From IMG/VR virus record IMGVR_UViG_3300042868_003731, positions 153,967 to 217,966 of that record: a stretch of DNA of 64,000 bases; one strand, given 5' to 3'. Under the pieces are notes generated by a model. It was not told the origin of the DNA. It worked only from the letters and a program-made list of their open reading frames with translations, and did not search any database. Position numbers and translations under genes: made by a program. Shown here piece by piece: positions 1 to 9,100 of the stretch. Within the stretch, counting starts at the first letter, position 1. Each line of letters opens with the position of its first letter. This stretch comes from a virus (Duplodnaviria; Heunggongvirae; Uroviricota; Caudoviricetes).

Positions 1-1032
1 CAAGTAGAGCAAACATACAGATATGAAACTTCTATCACTCTAGCACAACAAGCATTAACGGACGGCGGCAGCATTCATCCGCTTATCGTTCCAGTCGAAC
101 TCACCGGTGGAACTGGTCTCATGAACCCATCCATCTTGGTTCATAATGATAAATTGATTGTTAATGTAAGATGCACCAACTATCTATTCTATCATTCAGA
201 GAAAAAGAAATTCGTCCATCCTTGGGGGCCTCTAACATATCTTCACCCCGAAGACGATATGAAGCTTCGCACTGAAAACTACTACTGCGAACTTGATGAT
301 AACTATAACATTACTAGATTCAATCACGTAGATACTTCAAGATTGGACAAAGAACCAATCTGGGACTTCGTAGGACTTGAAGACGCAAGACTCGTGGAAT
401 GGGGCGGAAAGCTCTATATGACTGGAGTTCGTAGAGATACGACTACAAACGGACAGGGTCGTATGGAACTGTCAGAGATAGAAGTTCTGGAAAACGAAGT
501 CATAGAAGTGTCAAGAACTCGTATCGGTGCACCTGGTGAAGACAAGTCTTATTGCGAAAAGAATTGGATGCCAGTTCTAGATCAAAACTATACGTACATA
601 AAGTGGTGCAACCCAACAGAAGTAGTTCTTGTAGATATAGAAAAATCTAAAGCAGAAACAGCCTTTCTTAGCGAGAAGCGTCTGTTTAATGGAAATCCTA
701 AGGGTCTTACAGAACCTCGTGGAGGATCGCAAGTCATTCCGTTCGGTGATCACTATATTGCTCTTACTCACGAGGTGGATCTGTTTAAAGGAGAGAAGCG
801 AGTAAAGGACGGAGTATATCGGCATCGCTTTATAGTATGGGATAGGAACTGGGACATAGTAGGTTTCTCTGATGACTTTACCATTATGGGAGGACATACT
901 GAGTTTACGTGCGGAATGTGTCACCATAAAGGAAAGATCCTCATCACGTTTGGTTTTCAAGACAACGTTGCATACGTATTAGAAACTCCATATGCAACCG
1001 TAGAAAAGTTTTTAAATTATGCAAAGGGTTAA
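1..1032 (+). CDS. 5'-truncated hypothetical beta-rich domain protein; paralogue of the C-terminal half of the next ORF (shared motifs GGS.H..VP, YCEKNWMPVLD, VWDRNW.IV)
   Basis: Frame 1 is open from base 1 with no stop before the ORF-track ATG at 121. Residues before that Met (GGSIHPLIVPV) align to GGSVHSIVVPH of the 1019..2635 product, so the true start lies upstream of the window. Confidence 0.5.
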   Translation, partial: QVEQTYRYETSITLAQQALTDGGSIHPLIVPVELTGGTGLMNPSILVHNDKLIVNVRCTNYLFYHSEKKKFVHPWGPLTYLHPEDDMKLRTENYYCELDDNYNITRFNHVDTSRLDKEPIWDFVGLEDARLVEWGGKLYMTGVRRDTTTNGQGRMELSEIEVLENEVIEVSRTRIGAPGEDKSYCEKNWMPVLDQNYTYIKWCNPTEVVLVDIEKSKAETAFLSEKRLFNGNPKGLTEPRGGSQVIPFGDHYIALTHEVDLFKGEKRVKDGVYRHRFIVWDRNWDIVGFSDDFTIMGGHTEFTCGMCHHKGKILITFGFQDNVAYVLETPYATVEKFLNYAKG

Positions 1033-2635
1033 TATGCTTGAAGAAATGAAACAATTGATCACGATGTTTGCTCTTAACCCTAGTGATCCAGAAGTAAGTT
1101 TTACTCTAGGATCTTACTATGAGGATCTGGGGCAGTATTCTTCGGCTGGTTCTTATTACTTAAGAACAGCAGAAAGAACAGAGAACCGTCTTCTGTCATA
1201 TGAGAGCCTAATAAGGTTTGCAGCATGTACTGCTTCACTAGGAAGACGTAGATATTCAACAAAGGGTATGCTAAACTTTGCGATATCGCATATGCCTGAT
1301 AGACCCGAAGCATATTTAATTCTAAGTAAGTTCATAGAAAATAACGAAACGAACGATGAGAAGTGGTTCACCGCGTACTCTCTAGTGTGCACCGCATTAT
1401 CTATTAAAGACATAGATAATTTAAAACCCTTGAGATTTAAAACTATTTTTGAAGGAAAGTATTCACTTCTTTTGCAAAAAGCGCATGCTGGTTTTAACAG
1501 CGGTTTCATTGAAGAAGCAAGAGAGATATTACTATCGTTAACAAAGATCAAGGACGTTCCGAACCACATAAAAAGAGATGCGTTAAAGAATCTTATGCAG
1601 ATCAAAAAAGAAAACGAAAGAGCTAACTACTATCACAACTCTTCAGATTTAAAGGATGTATATAGTTCTAGTCTTTCCAAATATGTTTTGGAAAAGGGAG
1701 GATCCGTGCATTCTATCGTAGTTCCTCATTCTGTTTCTAAAGGAGTTGCGACTACAAATGCTTCCGTGTTTGTTGATGATAAAGAGAGAGTCTTTGTAAA
1801 CTTAAGAGAAACAAACTACACACTCTACTACAGTAATAAGTTTCCAGAAAAAGACGGTCCTCTCAAATATCTATATTCCGACAACGACATTAATATCAGA
1901 TCCGAAAACGTCGTGTGCAGATTAGACGATCGACTTAATGTTATAACTGCAGATCGCGTTGACATGAGACTCAATGAGAATCCTAACTGGTTCTACATTG
2001 GATTGGAAGATGCTAGGTTTGTAGAGTGGGATGGAAAGAAGTATCTATGTGGAGTAAGAAGGGACCACATACTAGAAGGTAAGGGTCGTATGGATCTTTC
2101 ACAGATCGAGATAACCGAGAATGGCGTAGTCGAAGTAGAACGTTTTTCAATTCCTGCGCCAGGAAACGACGATACCTATTGTGAAAAGAACTGGATGCCT
2201 GTTCTAGATAAACCGTTCCAATGGGTGAAGTGGTCTAACCCAACTCAGATAGTTTCATTTGATACTAAAACTCTAAAGACCGAGACCGTTCACTTGGAAG
2301 AGTCTAAGACTTATCGGTTTCCTCGAGACTTAAGAGGCGGTTCTCATATTCTTCCTTGGAATGACGATTACTACATAGGTGTTACTCACGAGTGCTTATA
2401 TAGCGGCAAGGATAGCGGAAGAAGATACTTTCAGCGAATCGTAGTCTGGGATAGAAACTGGAACATCGTATGCTCTACTCGTGACTTTACTATGATGGGT
2501 GGTACTATTGAGTTTGTATCTGGTATTGCTTACCATAAGAATGACGTACTTATATCCTATGGCTATGAAGATAATGCTTCTTACATACTAAGAATACCTA
2601 GAGACGTGTTTGATGATTTTATTTTGAGAGGGTAA
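1019..2635 (+). CDS. Two-domain protein: N-terminal TPR-like domain (paralogous to the N-terminus of 2637..3653) plus a C-terminal paralogue of ORF 1..1032; probably glycan-active, family unresolved
   Basis: Internal paralogy is visible directly: YCEKNWMPVL and VWDRNWNIV recur in both proteins. N-terminal 'YYEDLGQYSSAGSYYLRTAERTEN' matches 'EYEILQQYSSACGYFLRAADRTDD' in the next ORF. Confidence 0.5.
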   Translation: MQRVNMLEEMKQLITMFALNPSDPEVSFTLGSYYEDLGQYSSAGSYYLRTAERTENRLLSYESLIRFAACTASLGRRRYSTKGMLNFAISHMPDRPEAYLILSKFIENNETNDEKWFTAYSLVCTALSIKDIDNLKPLRFKTIFEGKYSLLLQKAHAGFNSGFIEEAREILLSLTKIKDVPNHIKRDALKNLMQIKKENERANYYHNSSDLKDVYSSSLSKYVLEKGGSVHSIVVPHSVSKGVATTNASVFVDDKERVFVNLRETNYTLYYSNKFPEKDGPLKYLYSDNDINIRSENVVCRLDDRLNVITADRVDMRLNENPNWFYIGLEDARFVEWDGKKYLCGVRRDHILEGKGRMDLSQIEITENGVVEVERFSIPAPGNDDTYCEKNWMPVLDKPFQWVKWSNPTQIVSFDTKTLKTETVHLEESKTYRFPRDLRGGSHILPWNDDYYIGVTHECLYSGKDSGRRYFQRIVVWDRNWNIVCSTRDFTMMGGTIEFVSGIAYHKNDVLISYGYEDNASYILRIPRDVFDDFILRG

Positions 2636-2636
2636 C

Positions 2637-3653
2637 ATGCTTAAAGAAAAGATTAACACTTATATAAGTGATCCAGGAAACGCTCAGTACAACTACGATC
2701 TTGGAAAAGAGTATGAAATCCTTCAGCAGTATTCTTCTGCCTGTGGATACTTTCTAAGAGCGGCAGATAGGACAGATGACGTAGAACTTATCTATAATTC
2801 TCTAGTGTCAGCTGCAAAGTCATTGATAGAACATGGCGATAGTTTTGCGATGGCAGAGAAAATTTTAAAGAATGCATTGAACGTTGACTCGTCAAGAATA
2901 GATGCGTTTTATATGTTACTGCTAATATATAAATATATTGGAAAAGAAGATGATTTTATGAACATACATCCGTTCTTTCTTAAAGCAAAAGAAAAGAACA
3001 CTAAGAGTGAGATATATGATATGGTAAATTTGAACGACATAATGAAAAAGTATATTCCTTCGGTTGGTACTATTAGACATTCGGAAGACCAGCCGCAAAA
3101 AAATTTCAAACACATGATAGAGAAAGAGTTCGCGATCGCGGCTTCGTCTCCTAGTGACATTCACGAACACCTTCCAGTTCTATATGAACTAGCTAAAGAT
3201 TGTAATCATATAATAGAGATGGGTGTAAGAACCGGAATAAGTACACGAGCATTCTTAAGAGTTGATGCGAGACTAATTTCATATGACATCGTAACAGATC
3301 AAAAAGTAGTAGATCTAATCAACGAGGCAAAGAAAGCTGGAAAGGATGCTACATTCATCGAAGCAGACGTTCTTAAGATTGATATCGAAGAAACAGACCT
3401 GCTCTTCATTGATACTTGGCATACATACGAGCAGTTAAAACAAGAGCTTTCACTTCATGGAAATAAGTCTAGAAAATACATGGTGTTCCACGATACAAAT
3501 ACTTTTGGTCTAAAGAACGAGGGAGGCCAAGCATACAGTACTTCTCAAGGTCTTCTTCCAGCTATAATAGAGTTTCTCATGGTTAACCCTCACTGGAGAT
3601 TCAAAAAATTCTTAACAAACAACAACGGTTTAACTGTTTTAGAAAGGTTATAA
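2637..3653 (+). CDS. TPR-like N-terminus + class I SAM-dependent methyltransferase (CmcI/TylF-like O-methyltransferase fold)
   Basis: 'IIEMGVRTGIST' resembles a motif I glycine-rich loop. Acidic motif II ('LLFIDTWHTYEQ') and a 'VFHDTNTFG' motif follow. This is fold-level recognition only. Confidence 0.5.
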   Translation: MLKEKINTYISDPGNAQYNYDLGKEYEILQQYSSACGYFLRAADRTDDVELIYNSLVSAAKSLIEHGDSFAMAEKILKNALNVDSSRIDAFYMLLLIYKYIGKEDDFMNIHPFFLKAKEKNTKSEIYDMVNLNDIMKKYIPSVGTIRHSEDQPQKNFKHMIEKEFAIAASSPSDIHEHLPVLYELAKDCNHIIEMGVRTGISTRAFLRVDARLISYDIVTDQKVVDLINEAKKAGKDATFIEADVLKIDIEETDLLFIDTWHTYEQLKQELSLHGNKSRKYMVFHDTNTFGLKNEGGQAYSTSQGLLPAIIEFLMVNPHWRFKKFLTNNNGLTVLERL

Positions 3654-3654
3654 T

Positions 3655-5226
3655 ATGATAGTAGATTTTTTTCCATTTTTTGCTCCGTATGGCGAGCAAA
3701 CACTAGAGCTGAGAGTAAATCTTCTTAAAGATTATGTAGACTATTTTGTGATTGCAGAGTCGAATAAAACACATAGCGGACAGAACGTCGAGAGAAAATT
3801 TAGTGAGATTGCAAAAAAACTAAATTTACCAGAAGATAAGATCGTATATATAGAGCACGATATTCCAGAAGACGAAGATCTAGTGATTCTTCCTATCGAC
3901 ACCGCGGATATGAAAAACGATAGTCGTAACGAAATTGAATCAAAGAGAGCAAAGGTAAGAGAGCGCCTACAGAAAGATGCTCTTTTAATTGCGCTAGATA
4001 AGTTTGATGATGATACCGTGTTCATACATAGTGACGCTGACGAAATTATAAAGCCTGAAGTTATTCAATATCTTTCTAACGTATGCAAGCAAAATCAAAA
4101 TATTATTATTAAAGTTCCGTTGATATACTTAGAAGGAAGAGCAGACCTTCGTGTTTGTTATAGTAATGGGTATCCAGTAGATTGGTCTGGCGGAATGTTT
4201 CTTGCTACGAAGAGTCAACTAAAAAAAATAAATCCTTCGAATATAAGATCAAATATCGGTAACCCATTTCCTGTTCATTATATAACAGAAAATGGACAAC
4301 CCGTTAAAGATCTTGGATGGCACTTGTCATGGATGGGCGGAGTTGAAAATAGAGTTTTAAAAGCAAAAGTCTTTGCCCATTACAACGATTCGTTTGAATG
4401 GATGCGTAAAGAAGATAACAGTTCTATCAAATTTAGCGATGACTCGTTTATTGATTTTCTCAACAAAACTCCTCTTACTGAAGGTTCTGTTCCACCTTCT
4501 GGAAATAATGATCATGTTTTGAAAAAGTATCCAATAAGCGAGTTGCCAAAAATGATACTTGAAAGAGAGCATCTTAAAAACTTTTTCTTACCAAACTTTG
4601 ATTACAAAGACTTGGATGTATTCGAAAAATCAGTATTAAACCCCTCTTCGATTATAAATCCTTATAAGAAGAGACTGTGGGTCGTAGATGACTTTTATCA
4701 AAATCCGGATGAAGTAAGGAAGTATGCTATGACTAGAGAATTTGACGAGGGTGGCATAGGAAGAGGATACATTGGAAGAAGAACTCACAAACAGTACCTC
4801 TTTAACGGATTAAAAGACGAGTTCGAAAAGATCATGGGAATGAAGGTTACTAAGTGGGAACAGTATGGAATGAACGGTAGATTCCAGTACTGCTACGCAG
4901 GCGAACCTCTCGTGTATCACTGCGACGAACAGAAGTATGCAGGAATGTTGTTTCTAACACCAGACGCGCCATATCAGACAGGTACATCTATGTTTGCACA
5001 TAAAGCAACACGTATACGTCATAACTCGCATCCAGAAATTATGAGCACATTCTCTGGTCATACTACTCTGGATAGAACTCCATACGAGCCAGTTGATGTG
5101 GTTGGAAACGTTTATAATAGACTAGTTATATTTGATGCTGGGTTGATACACGCAGCGTCTGAATACTTTGGATATGCTTTAGAAAATTCACGTCTATGGC
5201 AAATGTTCTTTTTTGATGCGGAGTAA
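3655..5226 (+). CDS. GT17-like glycosyltransferase (N-terminus) fused to a C-terminal domain with a possible 2OG-Fe(II) oxygenase HxD...H arrangement
   Basis: N-terminus 'DFFPFFAPYGEQTLELRVNLLKDYVDYFVIAESNKTHSG' fits the Glyco_transf_17 signature D.F.F..E.d.LE.R...L...VD.FVi.ES. C-terminus has 'YHCDEQ' and, about 75 aa later, 'LIHAAS'. Confidence 0.5.
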   Translation: MIVDFFPFFAPYGEQTLELRVNLLKDYVDYFVIAESNKTHSGQNVERKFSEIAKKLNLPEDKIVYIEHDIPEDEDLVILPIDTADMKNDSRNEIESKRAKVRERLQKDALLIALDKFDDDTVFIHSDADEIIKPEVIQYLSNVCKQNQNIIIKVPLIYLEGRADLRVCYSNGYPVDWSGGMFLATKSQLKKINPSNIRSNIGNPFPVHYITENGQPVKDLGWHLSWMGGVENRVLKAKVFAHYNDSFEWMRKEDNSSIKFSDDSFIDFLNKTPLTEGSVPPSGNNDHVLKKYPISELPKMILEREHLKNFFLPNFDYKDLDVFEKSVLNPSSIINPYKKRLWVVDDFYQNPDEVRKYAMTREFDEGGIGRGYIGRRTHKQYLFNGLKDEFEKIMGMKVTKWEQYGMNGRFQYCYAGEPLVYHCDEQKYAGMLFLTPDAPYQTGTSMFAHKATRIRHNSHPEIMSTFSGHTTLDRTPYEPVDVVGNVYNRLVIFDAGLIHAASEYFGYALENSRLWQMFFFDAE

Positions 5227-5229
5227 GAA

Positions 5230-5976
5230 ATGAAGATAGTACTTGTAACCGGCGGTTTTGATCCAATTCACAGCGGTCACATCGCATATTTTAACGAAGC
5301 AAAAGAGCTCGGCGATATTCTAATAGTTGGAGTCAATAGTGACGAATGGTTAACTCGTAAAAAGGGCCAGCCATTCATGAGTCTATCAGAAAGAGTTGCA
5401 ATCGTTGAGAGCCTTCATATGGTCGATAGTGTCATGATCTTTGACGATAGTGATGGCGGGGCATCAGAAGCAATTAAGTTGTGCCTAGGAAAGTTTCCTA
5501 ATGATGAAATCATCTTTGCAAATGGCGGGGATAGAACGAATATTAATATTCCGGAAATGAGTATTAAGGATGAAAGACTATCATTTGTATTTGGCGTCGG
5601 TGGAACTCATAAGATGAATTCGAGTAGCAAGATCCTCACTGAGTGGAAGACTCCAAAGACTGAAAGAAAGTGGGGATACTATCGTGTTCTTCACTCAGAC
5701 GGTCCTTCTACGAAGGTAAAGGAGCTCGTCGTCGAACCAGGTAAGTCACTGAGTCTTCAGAGACATAAGTATCGAAGCGAACTTTGGTACGTGACGAATG
5801 GTACAGGTGCAATCCTACACAATGGAATAAGAAAACCTTTGAAGAAAGGTGACTTCGTCACCATTGTCGTAACCGACTGGCATCAACTCATTAACGACTC
5901 GTCTGAAGAACTCAAGATTGTTGAGATCCAGTATGGAGAGAACTGCTATGAAGAAGATATCGAACGCATCGAGTGA
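5230..5976 (+). CDS. Nucleotidyltransferase (cytidylyltransferase family, HxGH motif) fused to a C-terminal cupin domain
   Basis: 'LVTGGFDPIHSGHIAYF' is the (T/H)xGH cytidylyltransferase motif as in TagD/HldE domain II. The C-terminal 'ELVVEPGKSLSLQRHKYRSELWYV...G' is cupin-like. Confidence 0.6.
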   Translation: MKIVLVTGGFDPIHSGHIAYFNEAKELGDILIVGVNSDEWLTRKKGQPFMSLSERVAIVESLHMVDSVMIFDDSDGGASEAIKLCLGKFPNDEIIFANGGDRTNINIPEMSIKDERLSFVFGVGGTHKMNSSSKILTEWKTPKTERKWGYYRVLHSDGPSTKVKELVVEPGKSLSLQRHKYRSELWYVTNGTGAILHNGIRKPLKKGDFVTIVVTDWHQLINDSSEELKIVEIQYGENCYEEDIERIE

Positions 5977-6063
5977 GTATATACTACCGGCCTGATAGAT
6001 ATTAAATCTAATTATATCAGTAATTTCACATATGTCAATAGAAAAATGCGGTTCGTCTTCTTT

Positions 6064-6071
6064 TATAAATA
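6064..6071 (+). promoter_or_regulatory. T4-type late promoter box TATAAATA, 37 nt upstream of the 1718-aa structural gene
   Basis: Exact TATAAATA. The same box recurs upstream of five other structural genes in this window. Confidence 0.55.
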
Positions 6072-6108
6072 GAAGAAACAATCTTATCATTAAGCTAGGA
6101 AGCAATAA

Positions 6109-9100
6109 ATGGCTAAAGTACTTATCCCATCTTATACGTTTACACCATCAACGGATACAATTGTCATTGATGGAATATATCGTTTAGAGAGATTCCTGCT
6201 TATCACGAATGTTACGGATAATCAAATCATTTTTTCGTTCGCTGATTCAGCAAAGGGAATAAGTAACTACACCATTAACACGACTGCAGAAACCACAACT
6301 CTCGTCTTAACATACGACTGCAGTGCTATGAGTGCATCTGATAAGCTTCAGATCTTCGTTGAAAAAGACAATCAATCATTTGAGCCTAGTGAAACGTTTG
6401 TTGATCCTGTTTCAAAATTAAGAATAAGTCAACCAGAAAACCTAATCGATACTGACTTCGAATACGGTCTTCAGTCAACTAAATGGGAGACTCTTGAACT
6501 CGTTAAGAATATTCCTACTTTCTATTCAAGAACTGGTGACACTTCTTTTAGTATTACTTCTATGTCTACAATTAATGGAAGCGATCTTGTCACTGTTGAA
6601 CTTGGAGAAGTTCACAACTTTATTAGCGGAAGCCCAGTGATCGTTTCTGGTTCTAGAAGTATTTCTTGCGATGGCGGATTTGTTGTAACTAATATTATAA
6701 GTACAACTTCGTTCCAATACAAATCAAAGTCAATACAAAACTTTACAGGAAGTATACTTGATACATTCACTCAGATCTTTGCTGGATCACTTTATCAAGG
6801 AACCGAATTTGATATTTCTGGAATTTCCGCAATCACAACGAGCGGATCTGGAAATACTGCCCTAACTGTTACGACGGCATACCCGACAAATTTTACACCT
6901 GGAACCAGCTTCTTTTTAACAAACAGTAAAGGTGTTGTAGACTTAGACATTGATGCGTCTCTAGTAGAAGCAAATAATTTTGTTACTAGCACGGTAACAA
7001 GCACAAACAATACTGCAACTGGAGAAACAGGTTCGTTTGCTCTTGGTGCAGTTCAGCCATATAACTACAGTGGAGACTCATCAAAAGGTTCACCTGTACT
7101 ATACTTTAGAAATTCGGCAGTCACAATTGATGCTGGAGCTGGAGTTGAGACGATTACGTTTCCAACTGCTCATGGATTGTCGGATAACTTTCCATACGTG
7201 TATGTAGCTGGTGAAGGAAATACCGTAATCGGCGGTCTTACTACCTTTAACTGGTACTACGTAAGAGTGGTAAATCCTACAACTATATATCTTACCACTA
7301 CAAGCGGAAGCACAACAAGAGTAAACTTGTCAGGAGCAGGAACTGACGGTGGAGTTATGAGAAGCGCTTTCATAAGAGGCACAAGAGTTAGTGGCGTGGC
7401 CACTGCAACAGAAATTGTTACGTTCGTTGAACCGCACAATCTTACTAACTCTGATAATAACGTTCCACTTTTATTCTTTGGCCCAGGTGGAGCAGGCAAC
7501 GTTTCCGTATCAACCGACCTTCTATCTTCTTACACTCCATATTATGTTTCGGTTGTCAGTGGTGCAACAACAATGACGATTAGAACTACACCTACGGGCG
7601 CAACTCTAAATATGACAACGACCACGAATGGTGCTGTGATGATTGCTGCGTCACTTCTTCCAGATTTTGATACGATATGGTTTTCAAATCACGGTTTTGA
7701 AACCGGAGACATAGCAACATATACTGTTCAATCTGGCACTGCCATCGGCGGTATTACATCTTCTACGGCTTACAGAATTGAAAAAGTTAATGTCAACAGA
7801 GTTAGATTTACGTCAGTTTCAAACGGCGCACAAATTAACCTTACTTCGTTTGGAAGCGCAGCTGGCCAGTATCGCATATCTGGAAATTATTCTATTTTAA
7901 ACAATGATAGTATATTTGCTCCTAGTAATACACTTATAGACGGTTCTTCAGTATTGTACAACAATAATGGAAATTCTAATATCAGTGGTCTTACTAGTGG
8001 TGACTTTTACTATGTTTTTCAAAAATCACAGAACAATTTTAAACTTGCGACCACTACTGCTGGATTTAAGACCGTTGAGCGAACATTTACACAATCCTCT
8101 GCTGTTAACGTTTCGACTGACGTGATCACTACGGCTGTTGCTCACGGTTTTACAAACGGCGACGCCGTACAATACTTAAGCTCAACGCCGATATCTGGCC
8201 TTAGAAGCGGCGCATGGTATTGGGCAAGAATTGGGACTACAACAACGCTTACTCTTCACTGGACAAAAGCCGGCGCAAATGCAAATACAGATCGTGTTGA
8301 TATAGGCGGCCCTCTTAGTGGATCAGGATCTTTGCGCGCAGCAGACTTGGTGGATATAGCGGCCTCCGGTACAGCCACACATACCTTCTCGGCTACGACG
8401 CCCGGTGCAGCAGATGGGGTGTATACGTTAGTGGATAATATAACTTCTAACACGTTTACGGTGTCTACAGCTAACGTTAGCGTGCCTTTGAGAATTATTA
8501 GTATAAATCCTAATCTGTTTTTAGATTTAAGTAAGAGTGCTTTCTATTCGTTAACACACGGACTCAGAACCGGCACTGCCGTAGAATATAACACAACTGG
8601 AACTGCAATAGGCGGTCTTACAGATTCTACTACTTATTATGTGATAAGAGTGAGTAAAAACTGGTTTAGACTGGCGTCTTCTGAGCAAAATGCGATTGAT
8701 GGTGTGTCAATTACTTTAACTTCGAAAGGTACCGGTACAGATCACACCATAACAACTTCTACAGTATCCGGTGAAGTGCTAGGACCTGGAACAGTAACTA
8801 TTACTGCTGGCGAGACTACAATCACTGGAACGGACACAAACTTTCCTTCATTGTTTACTCGAGGAAACGAGTTCTTTGTTTATGAAAGCCAAACTATAGG
8901 AGCGAACGTAACAGTAAGCAGTATAAACACAACTACAGACGTTATTACAACCTCTGCTTCACATGGATATATTACAGAAGATGCAGTATTTGTGTCATCT
9001 GATTCGACGCCGGGTGGAATAACAGAAGATGGGATTTATTACGTAAATGTCTTAAGTAGCACAACTCTTCAACTACACCCAACTCCAGCCACAGCGACCG

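Noticed and set aside
577-1605. - strand ORFs 577..960, 1101..1313 and 1156..1605
   Set aside because: They are antisense to the paralogous + strand genes, which are supported by reciprocal internal homology.
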